Source: an uncultured bacterium
Lineage (GTDB): Bacteria; Oederibacteriota; Oederibacteriia; Oederibacteriales; Oederibacteriaceae
Length of the DNA stretch: 64,000 bases
Direction: 5' to 3'
Assembly: GCA_965112635.1 (NCBI GenBank)
Contig: OZ218778.1
Span: 2,208,001-2,272,000 of the forward strand
Positions 52,307 to 61,533 of this stretch are shown here, one piece after another (the first letter of the stretch is position 1; each line of letters begins with the position of its first letter). The translations under genes and the position numbers were made by a program. The notes under the pieces were generated by a model. That model made no database searches and was not told the DNA's origin. It saw only the letters and a list, made by a program, of their open reading frames with translations.

Positions 52307-53701
52307 ATGCATAAATCAAGAAAACTTGGCAGGGAATCAGACCCAATCCAGGCCATACTAGAAGACAACAACGATCTGCCCAAAATTTCAATTATTGGGA
52401 GTCCTAATGTGGGCAAATCCACTTTGTTCAATAGGCTTATTCGTAAAAATATTGCCATTGTGGACAGCACTCCTGGCACAACAAGGGACAGACAAAAAAG
52501 AGCTGTTTCTCTGGGAAATGCGCTTGTCTGGCTGGAAGATTGCGGTGGATTTACAAGAAATAAAGGGGACATTGAAACTGAAATAAACAACAGAGTCATT
52601 CAATCGATTACTGAAGCTGCGATAATTATTTATGTTTTGGACTTTTTACGAGGTATTAGTGATAGTGATAAAAAATTGCTGGACATTATCAGAAAGCACG
52701 AAAATAAATCGGTAATAATTGCTGTAAATAAAGTGGATAACGACAATTTCATCAATAAAAATCCAAGAACTAAAGAATTTTTGAATTTCGGTTTAGGTAT
52801 GACGGTCTTTATTTCCGCGTTGCATAATAGAGGAATACAAGTATTAGAAGACAACTTAAGTGATTTCATTAATAAAAGATTGCAAACGTCGCCCAGCGGT
52901 GAATTGCTGACAAAAACTATTTGCATTATAGGCAGACCAAATGTCGGGAAATCTTCATTGGTCAACGCTCTTTTAGGACAAAATAAAATGATTGTTCACT
53001 CAGTTCCAAACACAACGCGAGATTCTGTTGAATTTAATATAAAGTTAGAATCGAAGATCCTAACTATCGTTGATACAGCCGGAATTCGGAAAAAGAAACA
53101 AATTCAGGGAAATATTGAGGATTTAGCGGTTACTAAGTCTTTACTTTATATCAGAAAAAGCGACATGGTACTTTATGTTGTAGATGCTCTTATGGGGATA
53201 GAGGACCAGGACAAAAAAATAGCAGGGTACATACATCAAGAAGGAAAGAAGTTAATAATTGTTGTCAATAAATGGGATTTAACAGATGGTTTGGAATCAA
53301 CAAAAAAACAATACACTAGTGAAATAAAAAGAATACTATTTTTTGCTGATTACGCACCAATTGTATTCATTTCAGCTCTAAAAAAGGAAGGTCTTGAAAA
53401 TTTGAAACTGATGATTGATAATATAGTAGCTGCTAACGAAAAAACCATCGAACAAAAAGAATTAAATGTAATTTTAAAGGAAATGTCTTCGAAACAAGGA
53501 TTTTCACGTAAAGGGAAATCTTTTACATTAAATTCTTTAACGCAAATTGGGGTCAATCCTCCCAGGTTTTTGATTAAAGTCAGCAGACCAGATCTTTTTC
53601 ATTTTAGCTTAAGGCGTCAATTGGAAAATAGAATCAGAGATAAATTTGGGTTTTTTGGTACAGCTTTGAAAATATATTTGGCTAAAAATCATAAAAACTA
53701 A
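52307..53701 (+). CDS. der: Ribosome biogenesis GTPase Der (EngA)
   Basis: Two G domains (GSPNVGKS, GRPNVGKS, DTAG, NKVD/NKWD) and a KH-like tail. Confidence 0.95.
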   Translation: MHKSRKLGRESDPIQAILEDNNDLPKISIIGSPNVGKSTLFNRLIRKNIAIVDSTPGTTRDRQKRAVSLGNALVWLEDCGGFTRNKGDIETEINNRVIQSITEAAIIIYVLDFLRGISDSDKKLLDIIRKHENKSVIIAVNKVDNDNFINKNPRTKEFLNFGLGMTVFISALHNRGIQVLEDNLSDFINKRLQTSPSGELLTKTICIIGRPNVGKSSLVNALLGQNKMIVHSVPNTTRDSVEFNIKLESKILTIVDTAGIRKKKQIQGNIEDLAVTKSLLYIRKSDMVLYVVDALMGIEDQDKKIAGYIHQEGKKLIIVVNKWDLTDGLESTKKQYTSEIKRILFFADYAPIVFISALKKEGLENLKLMIDNIVAANEKTIEQKELNVILKEMSSKQGFSRKGKSFTLNSLTQIGVNPPRFLIKVSRPDLFHFSLRRQLENRIRDKFGFFGTALKIYLAKNHKN

Positions 53702-53719
53702 ACGATGGAGTGCTAACTC

Positions 53720-54358
53720 GTGTTGTCTGTATTTTTTATTCTTACAGTTTCATATCTAATCGGTTCATTTCCAACGGGGTATATCATAGGAAAACTAAAA
53801 GGTATTGATATAAGAAAACAAGGTAGTGGCAATATTGGATTTACCAATGTTTACAGGATTCTTGGGCCTTTGCCAGGAATAATTGTATTTATTATCGATT
53901 TTTTAAAGGGTTATTTAACTGTCGCCATATTTTGCAATTATTTTGGGATTATTTTAGATTATCCAGTCAATTCTTGGATAAGAACAGGCGTAGGTTGCGC
54001 AGCAATTGCTGGCCATAATTGGAGTGTTTTCTTAGGTTTTAAAGGAGGCAAGGGCGTCCTGACCAGCGCAGGTGTTTTTTTTGCTTTATCCCCATTGTCA
54101 GCAAGCATTACACTAATTTTCTTTATCATTGTCATATTTATCTGGCACATCATATCTTTAGGTTCTTTGATTTCAGCAATTTTGTTGCCATTTTTAATTT
54201 GGATTTTTTCAGAACCCTTACCCGTTCTTTTATTAAGTATTTTGGCCTGTTTTTCAATAATATTAAAACATCGAGATAACATTAGAAGACTTATTGAAGG
54301 TAATGAGTATTACTTTGTTTTGTTCAAAAAAAACAATAAGAAAGCAAAAATATCATAA
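53720..54358 (+). CDS. plsY: Glycerol-3-phosphate acyltransferase PlsY
   Basis: SYLIGSFP, DIRKQGSGNIGFTN, GHNWSVFLGFKGGKGV, KHRDNIRRL. Confidence 0.96.
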   Translation: MLSVFFILTVSYLIGSFPTGYIIGKLKGIDIRKQGSGNIGFTNVYRILGPLPGIIVFIIDFLKGYLTVAIFCNYFGIILDYPVNSWIRTGVGCAAIAGHNWSVFLGFKGGKGVLTSAGVFFALSPLSASITLIFFIIVIFIWHIISLGSLISAILLPFLIWIFSEPLPVLLLSILACFSIILKHRDNIRRLIEGNEYYFVLFKKNNKKAKIS

Positions 54359-54366
54359 AAAACAAG

Positions 54367-55365
54367 CTGAAAATAACAGTATTAGGGGCGGGATCATGGG
54401 GCATTACTTTATCTATTTTGTTAAATAATAAAGGGAATCAAGTTACTTTATGGGATCCTTCTGAAAATTACTTGAAAAAGCTAGGGAAAATAAGGCAAAA
54501 TAAGGAGCATTTACCAGGAATTACCATACCGGATTCTATTAGAATCGAATATAATATTGCTAACACCTTAGCCCTGAGTGATATTATTGTTCTGGCAATA
54601 ATTTCACAAAAAACGAGGTTAATTATAAAAAAGTTTGCTCCATTCTTTCCGAAAAGTGCAATTTTTGTTAATGTTTCTAAAGGAATTGAACGGAAATCGC
54701 TGAAAACATTATCGCAGGTGTTTAAGGAAGAGGTGCCCAAATTAATAAGAAATTATTGCGTTTTATCAGGCCCTAGTCATGCGGAAGAAGTTATTAAAAA
54801 TGTTCCCACAGCTGTAGTAGTTGCTTCAAAATCAAGGAAAATTGCAAAAACAATTCAAAATCTTTTTATAACTCGGAATTTTAGAGTTTACACAAGTAAT
54901 GATGTAGTTGGAGTTGAGTTAGGTTCAGCCTTAAAAAATGTAATTGCTGTTGCGGCAGGAATAGTTGATGGTATCGGACTAGGAAGTAACACCAAAGCTG
55001 CTCTCATTACACGAGGACTTGCTGAAATAACTAGATTTGCTAAAGCAAAAGGCGGGAAAATCATAACAATTACTGGATTAAGCGGTTTAGGTGACCTAAT
55101 AGTAACTTGCAATAGTAAATATAGTAGAAATAGGTTTGTTGGTGAGCAAATTGGGAAAGGTAGCAAATTAATAGATATTCTCAATTCAAGAAAAGATTTT
55201 GTTGAAGGAATTCCAACAACTAAAGCAGTTTATTTACTTTCAAAAAAAAGTAATATTTCAATGCCCATTACCGAACAAATTTACAATGTAATATTTAAGG
55301 AAAAATCACCTATATTAGCCATTAAAGATCTGATGACTAGGGCCGGGAAAGCCGAAAATACTTAA
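54367..55365 (+). CDS. gpsA: NAD(P)H-dependent glycerol-3-phosphate dehydrogenase; probable non-canonical CTG start
   Basis: KITVLGAGSWG lies in frame upstream of the TTG at 54418; SKGIE, LSGPSHA, LKNVIA, GLGDLIVTC, SRN. Confidence 0.95.
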   Translation: MKITVLGAGSWGITLSILLNNKGNQVTLWDPSENYLKKLGKIRQNKEHLPGITIPDSIRIEYNIANTLALSDIIVLAIISQKTRLIIKKFAPFFPKSAIFVNVSKGIERKSLKTLSQVFKEEVPKLIRNYCVLSGPSHAEEVIKNVPTAVVVASKSRKIAKTIQNLFITRNFRVYTSNDVVGVELGSALKNVIAVAAGIVDGIGLGSNTKAALITRGLAEITRFAKAKGGKIITITGLSGLGDLIVTCNSKYSRNRFVGEQIGKGSKLIDILNSRKDFVEGIPTTKAVYLLSKKSNISMPITEQIYNVIFKEKSPILAIKDLMTRAGKAENT

Positions 55366-55401
55366 GTTTAGAATTTATAATATTTTATGAACTAAGGAGG
55401 A

Positions 55402-55686
55402 ATGATGACTAAAGAAGATCTTATAAAAAGTATCGGAACTCTTGGATTTTCAAGAAGAAATTCAGTTCTTGCAGTTGAAGCCATACTAAATTCAATTCGA
55501 GAATCCTTAAAAAAAGGAAAGCAGGTTAAAATTACAGATTTTGGAACATTTTTAATCAAAAAAAGGGCTGCAAGGCAAGGTAGAAATCCCAAAACCGGTG
55601 TTTCAGTTCAGATTCCAGCGAAATTAATACCTCATTTCAAGGCCAGCAAAAATTTAAAGGAGATGGTCAAAGTTGCTCCTAACTAA
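55402..55686 (+). CDS. ihfA: Integration host factor alpha / HU-family DNA-binding protein
   Basis: FGTF, ARQGRNPKTG, FKASKNLK; followed by a MerR gene as in the conserved ihfA-merR pair. Confidence 0.8.
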   Translation: MMTKEDLIKSIGTLGFSRRNSVLAVEAILNSIRESLKKGKQVKITDFGTFLIKKRAARQGRNPKTGVSVQIPAKLIPHFKASKNLKEMVKVAPN

Positions 55687-56023
55687 TTTTGTAAACAACA
55701 AATTATTCTATTCAATAAGTGAAGTAAGTAGGTTAACAAAAATTCCTACTTATATACTAAGATATTGGGAAAAGGAATTTAAAGATCTTAAACCAGAGAA
55801 AAGTTCGACAGGGCAAAGAAGATATCGATATAAAGATATTGAAACAGTTAAATTTATTTATAAACTCTTGTATCAGGATATGTTTTCTATAAAAGGCGCA
55901 AAACGTAGAATTAAAGAGTTAAAGAAAGAGAATAAGCAATTAGGATTTAATCTTGATAGAAAAGAGCCTAATTTATCAAAAGTAATTGAAAAGCTTGAAG
56001 AAATAAGGAATTTAATTCAATGA
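55673..56023 (+). CDS. MerR-family transcriptional regulator
   Basis: YSISEVS...LRYWEKEF..LKP.K...GQRRY. Confidence 0.92.
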   Translation: MLLTNFVNNKLFYSISEVSRLTKIPTYILRYWEKEFKDLKPEKSSTGQRRYRYKDIETVKFIYKLLYQDMFSIKGAKRRIKELKKENKQLGFNLDRKEPNLSKVIEKLEEIRNLIQ

Positions 56024-56031
56024 TAAAGGCC

Positions 56032-56059
56032 ATGTCCGGTAATATATATTATGTTAACC
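56032..56059 (+). other. dif site (XerC/XerD chromosome-dimer resolution site)
   Basis: ATGTCCGGTAA-TATATA-TTATGTTAACC has 11-6-11 architecture with a near-consensus XerD arm; it is intergenic at the gene-orientation switch. Confidence 0.88.
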
Positions 56060-56067
56060 TTCTTGTA

Positions 56068-56637
56068 TTAAAAAACACCTTCACAAAACAAAATTCTATT
56101 AATCAGCTTAATGGTTTTATTTAAGTCCCTGTTCACAACAATATAGTCATATAGAAATATCTTGCTTATTTCTTCATTTATTTTTGATAAACGTTTTTTG
56201 ATTTCGCATTTAACATCAGTGTTTCTTTTTACAAGTCTTTTTTTTAAATACGATCTTGAAGGAGGCAAAACAAAAATAGAAACTGTTTTATTGAAAAACT
56301 TATCAATATGTTTTTTCCCGTTATAATCGACATTTAAAAGAGGGATGTTTCCTAATTTTGTGATACTCCTTAGATTTTGAACGCTTGTGCCATAATAATT
56401 GTTATAAATTTTTGCACACTCAATAAAATACCCTTTATTCAAACGTTTTTTAAATTCATTTGAATTAATAAAGTGATAATCAACATGATCGTTTTCATTA
56501 TCTCTTGGTGGCCTTGTTGTGAATGATATGCTTTTAGTTAACGCTTTGTTTAATTTAATTAAACGGTTGGCAATGGTTGTTTTTCCGGTACCTGAGGGCG
56601 CTGAAATAACTACTATAACTTTTTTGTTCTTTCCCAT
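56068..56637 (-). CDS. gmk: Guanylate kinase
   Basis: ISAPSGTGKTT, SISFTTRPPR.NE...VDYHF, NYYGT, FVLPPS, YDYIVVN. Confidence 0.95.
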   Translation of the reverse strand: MGKNKKVIVVISAPSGTGKTTIANRLIKLNKALTKSISFTTRPPRDNENDHVDYHFINSNEFKKRLNKGYFIECAKIYNNYYGTSVQNLRSITKLGNIPLLNVDYNGKKHIDKFFNKTVSIFVLPPSRSYLKKRLVKRNTDVKCEIKKRLSKINEEISKIFLYDYIVVNRDLNKTIKLINRILFCEGVF

Positions 56638-56638
56638 T

Positions 56639-57511
56639 TTATTCTATGTTTTGCGCCTGTTCTCTTATTTTTTCTATCTCTTCTTTAGCTAGTATTGAAA
56701 GTTCTATTACATTTATATCATGACACTTAGAATTTATAGTATTTAGTTCCCTATTTAATTCTTGGCATAAAAAATCCAAATGCTTGCCGCAATTTTTAGA
56801 GTTTTCCAATAAATTCTTTATCTTTATAATATGTGAGTTGATTCTGTCAATTTCTTCAGAAATAATATTTCTTTCCAAAAATTTGTTTATAATTTCTACT
56901 ACTTGTTTTTTTTCGTTATCTTTAGCTGCCATTAATAACTTTATGCTTTTTTGAGCCTTTATATATTCATTATTCAAATATTGTTCAATTCTAGCTTTTA
57001 ATTTATCAATATATTTATGAAATTTAAAAATATTTAACAGAATACACTTTTTTAAATAAACTCCTTCAATTCCTTTATCTTTTTTTGTTTTATCTATTAT
57101 TTTTACTAGGTATTTAATACACTTCTTCCAAAATAATTTATTTTCAAATAGATTAATATTCAAACGTTCAATTGACCCTGGTAAAGAAAGTAATTGGAAT
57201 TCGCCTATATTTTTATATATGCTTCCCAATTTTGATTTTTTTAATTCATTTAAATAAGCATTAATTTGGTTGGGGTTTAATTTGTAGTTTGTGTTATTGT
57301 TATTAAATATATCTACGGTTAAATCAATTTTCCCTCTATTAAATGACTTTTTTAGTAGTTTAAAAATGAGGTTTTCTTTTTTGAAAGACTTTACGCTTAA
57401 TTTTAGGTTAATTTCAAGAAATTTTGAATTGAGAGAGCGTATTTCAATATTTACAGTATGATTCAAATAATAGAAAGTGCCGTATCCATAACCGGTCATG
57501 CTACTTATCAT
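56639..57511 (-). CDS. yicC: YicC/YloC-family endoribonuclease
   Basis: SMTGYG, EIRSLNSKFLE, RGKID, LDFLCQELNRELNTINSK, EKIREQAQNIE. Confidence 0.93.
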   Translation of the reverse strand: MISSMTGYGYGTFYYLNHTVNIEIRSLNSKFLEINLKLSVKSFKKENLIFKLLKKSFNRGKIDLTVDIFNNNNTNYKLNPNQINAYLNELKKSKLGSIYKNIGEFQLLSLPGSIERLNINLFENKLFWKKCIKYLVKIIDKTKKDKGIEGVYLKKCILLNIFKFHKYIDKLKARIEQYLNNEYIKAQKSIKLLMAAKDNEKKQVVEIINKFLERNIISEEIDRINSHIIKIKNLLENSKNCGKHLDFLCQELNRELNTINSKCHDINVIELSILAKEEIEKIREQAQNIE

Positions 57512-57520
57512 TGCGTGGCC

Positions 57521-58246
57521 TTAGAAAGACAATCCAAAGCAACCACCTTCTTCATCAGTTGCTGAGGCTTTGGGGGCATTACTTAAAGAACTCGATGTTT
57601 TGCTGGTTCCGGTTAGGACCTCAGGTATTTCAACAACAGTATGGCTAAGTTTTTCGCGACTTATTTGAGTGTCTTCCATAGTTACAGAGCCAGTTTGCGC
57701 AAATGTTTTAGCGCCTTCGATTTGACAATGTTGAATCATGCAATCCTTGGTCGATTGTTCTCCAAATAGGATGCCCCCCCAGCTTGAAGTTCCCTCGTTT
57801 GTAGTGAATAGAATGGGTTTATCATGAGTTCCCACAGCTTTTAATGTCCCTAATATCTTTAAAACTAAATCCGGTTTTGTTGATGGAAAAATCACATCTC
57901 CCCCGAATTTAATCACCACTCCTGGTTCAATGCTCAGGGTGACTTGCGGCGGTATGATTATGTCTCCAACTATGACATATGGACTATTAGCTGCCCTAAA
58001 AGTCATGTTCTCTTTGAAATCACCGCCCGTGACGTAAGTTTGTCCATTCACTTTAAACATGGTAATAGGCACATGGACAATCTCCTCTCCTGTGCCTTCC
58101 TCCGTTGATGAGGAAGTGGTAACATTTTGAACCTGTGGATTGTCACCAGGGTTTGGCTGCTGTCCAAATTGTTCCTGGGCATAGAGAGTCGTAAAAGCTA
58201 AAATAAATATTAATAAAAAACATAAACGGCAATAATTTCGATACAT
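57521..58246 (-). CDS. Hypothetical secreted protein with a beta-helix-like cap segment
   Basis: Signal peptide; NSPYVIVGDI..P..TLSIEPGVVIKF...G.LKAVGT...PILFT...WGGI. Confidence 0.7.
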   Translation of the reverse strand: MYRNYCRLCFLLIFILAFTTLYAQEQFGQQPNPGDNPQVQNVTTSSSTEEGTGEEIVHVPITMFKVNGQTYVTGGDFKENMTFRAANSPYVIVGDIIIPPQVTLSIEPGVVIKFGGDVIFPSTKPDLVLKILGTLKAVGTHDKPILFTTNEGTSSWGGILFGEQSTKDCMIQHCQIEGAKTFAQTGSVTMEDTQISREKLSHTVVEIPEVLTGTSKTSSSLSNAPKASATDEEGGCFGLSF

Positions 58247-58289
58247 AATTTCCTCCCGTAGAAAGCAATTAAACCAGATAAATTAATAA

Positions 58290-58961
58290 TTACAAAGACA
58301 AATAATTTTTTTTATAACCTGAGCGGAGTCTGAAAAGGATGTCCTCTGCCTTATCTTTTTCATTAAGCTTAATATAGCATTCCGCTAAGAAAAACAAAGA
58401 ACTTGGTACTAGTTTCGATTGGGGTTGATCTTTTATGAGTTTTTGGAATATTTTAATAGCATTACGAAAATCGTTTTCATAAAAAAAACACTCACCAATT
58501 TTATAGCTAATCATATCAACGCATTCAACATCCCTAAATGTTCTTACGACAAAATTGTAATAATAACAAGACTTCTTAAAATCTTTCTTAAAAAAGCAAG
58601 AATCAGCCAATAAAAGCGAAGCATAACTACAGACAAATCTATCACTATTGCTGTTCTTTTCAAGGAATCTCACAAAATTATCGTAAGAATTATTGAAACT
58701 ATTCCTTTCAAATAAATTAATATATCCCATTAAAATAAGCGCCTTATCTGCATAAGGTGCTTCGTTGCCGTACGAAACAATCTTGCTCAGGCCGGCTTGG
58801 GCGCTCCTATAATCACCTTTTTCAAAATCCCTTAAAGAATCCATATACTGTTTAAGTAATAAATCTTTATCGGCTATTGGCTGGCTGTAGCAACCGAAGC
58901 AAATTAAATAAATTAATAAAAATAAAATAAAATTATATAGAAGATAAAGGAGGCGCTGCAT
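58290..58961 (-). CDS. TPR lipoprotein (BamD/CpoB-like)
   Basis: Lipobox-like CFGC, TPRs such as YKIGECFF...AI..FQKLI..QP.S. Confidence 0.75.
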   Translation of the reverse strand: MQRLLYLLYNFILFLLIYLICFGCYSQPIADKDLLLKQYMDSLRDFEKGDYRSAQAGLSKIVSYGNEAPYADKALILMGYINLFERNSFNNSYDNFVRFLEKNSNSDRFVCSYASLLLADSCFFKKDFKKSCYYYNFVVRTFRDVECVDMISYKIGECFFYENDFRNAIKIFQKLIKDQPQSKLVPSSLFFLAECYIKLNEKDKAEDILFRLRSGYKKNYLSL

Positions 58962-58996
58962 GCGGCCTTATTTTTATCCATTCTTAGAAAGAAATG

Positions 58997-59069
58997 AGCT
59001 GATGGTCGGATTTGAACCGACGACCTATCGATTACGAATCGATTGCTCTACCAACTGAGCTACATCAGC
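58997..59069 (-). tRNA. tRNA-Thr(CGT)
   Basis: GCTGATGTAGCTCAGTTGGTAGAGCA-ATCGA-TTCGTAA-TCGAT-AGGTCGTCGGTTCAAATCCGACCATCAGCT; CCA not encoded. Confidence 0.96.
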
Positions 59070-59072
59070 TTC

Positions 59073-59795
59073 TCAAGCGGTCTCAGCTTGCAAATCGATT
59101 TTAGTAATATTGATATCACTAAATGCTTTATCTTGCCATATGATAATCGATTTAATTCTTATTAATTCAAGTAATGCCAAGAATAAAACTACTTTGTGAA
59201 GTAGGTTCTGTTGTTTGGCAACGATATCGTTGAACTGGACTTTCTCATTGTTTGTAAAATAGTCTAAAAGTTCATTGATTTTTTGGCTTATCGATATGTC
59301 GTCTTTAGCAATTTCATGGATAAACTCCGGTTTAAGCTTGTCAGTGATTTCTTTAAAAGTTCCCAGTAAGTCAAAAAGGTCTAATTTCAATATCTCTGTG
59401 CCTTTGGAAATATAGGCAACCGCTTTTGAGCCGCTCCCAAAGATATCCCTTTGCAGCAATTCTTTTTGTTCCAGAGATGTAGCCAAATCTTTGAACTTTT
59501 TATACTCTATCAGCCGCTGGATCAGTTCGTCCTTAGTTTCGTCAACCTCCTCAGGTTGAGTTTCATCCCTGGGAAGCAACATTTTGGACTTTATCTGCAT
59601 CAAGGTGGATGCCATGACTAAGAATTCTCCTATACCCTCCATTTCAAAAAATTTCATTAAATTGACATAGGCAATGAAATCATTAGTGATCTTTAGAATG
59701 GGAATATCAAAAATATTAAACTCGTTTTTCCGGACTAGGTAAAGCAGAAGATCCAAGGGGCCGTCAAACGTATTAAGTTGTAGTGAAAATTCCAT
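59073..59795 (-). CDS. scpA: Segregation and condensation protein A (kleisin)
   Basis: FDGPLDLLLYL, IFDIPI, EFLVMASTL.QIKSKMLLP, FLALLEL. Confidence 0.96.
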   Translation of the reverse strand: MEFSLQLNTFDGPLDLLLYLVRKNEFNIFDIPILKITNDFIAYVNLMKFFEMEGIGEFLVMASTLMQIKSKMLLPRDETQPEEVDETKDELIQRLIEYKKFKDLATSLEQKELLQRDIFGSGSKAVAYISKGTEILKLDLFDLLGTFKEITDKLKPEFIHEIAKDDISISQKINELLDYFTNNEKVQFNDIVAKQQNLLHKVVLFLALLELIRIKSIIIWQDKAFSDINITKIDLQAETA

Positions 59796-59814
59796 TTAAT
59801 CTCCGCAAATAATA

Positions 59815-60378
59815 TTATTTGCTGGCATTATTCACAAGGCCAGCGTCCCTGGAGAACAATTGATCAAGTTCGTTGATGGTCGGAAGGTCCTTAAGGTCCT
59901 TGAGGCCGAATTGCTGTAAAAATTCCTTCGTGGTGCCGTAAAGAAAGGGTCTTCCTATCCCCTCCTGCCTTCCGACCAACCTTATCAAATTCCTATCCAT
60001 TAAAGTATTTAAGACCCCGTCGGAAATCACGCCCCGAATCGACTCAATCTGGACCTTCGTGACAGGTTGACGGTAAGCGATGATGGCCAAGGTCTCCAAA
60101 GCCTGTTTGGACAGTTTATTTGAGATGTTCGCTTGTAGAAGTTTTTTGATCCAAGGCGCAAAAACCTGCCTAGTGCACATCTGATAACCATTGGCTATTT
60201 CAACAATATGAAACCCTCCGGGGTTTTCCTCGTATTTATTCATAAGTTCCTTAAGGGCGGCTTGTATCAGTTTCGTATCGTTGATGTTTAGCACTTTCTC
60301 TACAGTACGAACATCCAAAGGCCCCTCGGAAACAAATAAAAGACTTTCCAGAATATCCTTTAACTCGTTCTTTTCCAT
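59815..60378 (-). CDS. scpB: Segregation and condensation protein B
   Basis: LESLLF, LSKQALETLAIIAYRQPVT...IESIRGV, GRPFLYGTT.EFL..FGL. Confidence 0.97.
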   Translation of the reverse strand: MEKNELKDILESLLFVSEGPLDVRTVEKVLNINDTKLIQAALKELMNKYEENPGGFHIVEIANGYQMCTRQVFAPWIKKLLQANISNKLSKQALETLAIIAYRQPVTKVQIESIRGVISDGVLNTLMDRNLIRLVGRQEGIGRPFLYGTTKEFLQQFGLKDLKDLPTINELDQLFSRDAGLVNNASK

Positions 60379-60430
60379 ACTTTATCCTCAATACAAAGAA
60401 GTTTTAAGAGTTTGTCACTGAAAAAGCAAC

Positions 60431-61342
60431 TCAGCTCCTGGGATGAAGGTTTTTGTGGTACTTTTTCAAGGAGTCGGCTTCTAAGTGAGTATATATCTGC
60501 GTGGTAGAAATGCTAGTGTGTCCTAACATTTCTTGCACACTTCTTAAATCCGCCCCCCTTTTCAGCAGATGGGTGGCAAACGTGTGACGCAGGGTGTGCG
60601 GGGTGATATTGGCAGGTAAACCAGCCTGTCTAAAATAAAATTTGATTATCTTCCAAATTCCCGTTCGCGAAAATATTTTCCCCGATTTGGTCAGAAACAG
60701 ATAAGAACTGTTGTATGGGTTAAGGTTAGGCCGCTGTTTTTGGATGTACGCCTTTAGTCTGATCATAGATGCTCCGCCAAGAGGTATCATCCTTTCTTTG
60801 TTTCCCTTACCGATGCATCTTAAATATTCGTTGTCAAAGTTTATATTTTCAATCTTTAAATTCATTAGCTCTGAGATTCTGAGCCCTGCTCCATAGAGTA
60901 CTTCCAGCATAGCGATATTTCTTAAAAAAAAAGGATCCTTTGAATTTTCTAAAGATAGCAGATTTTTTATGTCTTTGAGGGAGATCACTTTTGGTAGCAA
61001 CTTGGATTTAGCTGGCAATTCAATTTCGGAAAGTACCGTTTCCCCCAATTCATTCCTAGTGGCCAGGTATTTGTAAAACGATTTAATTGCGCTAATTTTC
61101 TGAGAAAGAGAGGAGGCTTGGAGTTTTTTCTCGCTCAAGTATTTGATATAGAGCGAGACGCCGCGATCGTCCGTGTCTTTAAGTAGGTCGTGATTTTTTT
61201 GCGAAAGATAGGCTTTGAATTCCCTAAGAGTCTTTTCATAGGAGTATATTGTGTTGGCTGACAGCCCTTTTTCCACAGCTAGATAAGTGATAAACCTGGA
61301 GATAGAATCTCCCTTTGAATTTTGGTTTATCCGACGCTTCAT
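60431..61342 (-). CDS. xerD: Site-specific tyrosine recombinase XerD
   Basis: EKGLSANT..SY, LYGAGLRISEL, GKGNKER, TPHTLRHTFATHLL..GADLRSVQEMLGH..ISTTQIYTH, HPR; adjacent to scpAB. Confidence 0.9.
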   Translation of the reverse strand: MKRRINQNSKGDSISRFITYLAVEKGLSANTIYSYEKTLREFKAYLSQKNHDLLKDTDDRGVSLYIKYLSEKKLQASSLSQKISAIKSFYKYLATRNELGETVLSEIELPAKSKLLPKVISLKDIKNLLSLENSKDPFFLRNIAMLEVLYGAGLRISELMNLKIENINFDNEYLRCIGKGNKERMIPLGGASMIRLKAYIQKQRPNLNPYNSSYLFLTKSGKIFSRTGIWKIIKFYFRQAGLPANITPHTLRHTFATHLLKRGADLRSVQEMLGHTSISTTQIYTHLEADSLKKYHKNLHPRS

Positions 61343-61365
61343 GGGCTCATTCCGCTAGAATAATT

Positions 61366-61448
61366 TGCCGGAGGCGGGACTTGAACCCGCATGACCTTGC
61401 GATCGGAGGATTTTGAGTCCTCTGCGTCTGCCATTCCACCACTCCGGC
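61366..61448 (-). tRNA. tRNA-Leu(CAA)
   Basis: GCCGGAGTGGTGGAATGGCAGACGCA-GAGGA-CTCAAAA-TCCTC, long variable arm, GCGGGTTCAAGTCCCGCCTCCGGCA; CCA not encoded. Confidence 0.96.
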
Positions 61449-61533
61449 ATTATCTGATCCACTATAAAAAATAGAATATGTTTTGTTCAGAAACAACGGT
61501 TAACTCAGGCATGTCAAGCAAAAACCAGATGCT

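Noticed and set aside
52280-59000. Low-GC genomic island
   Set aside because: The content is housekeeping genes in conventional order centred on dif, and the boundaries are gradual.
58997-61448. Integrative element (integrase between tRNAs)
   Set aside because: The recombinase has XerD hallmarks, its neighbours are core genes, and no att duplication of either tRNA end was seen.
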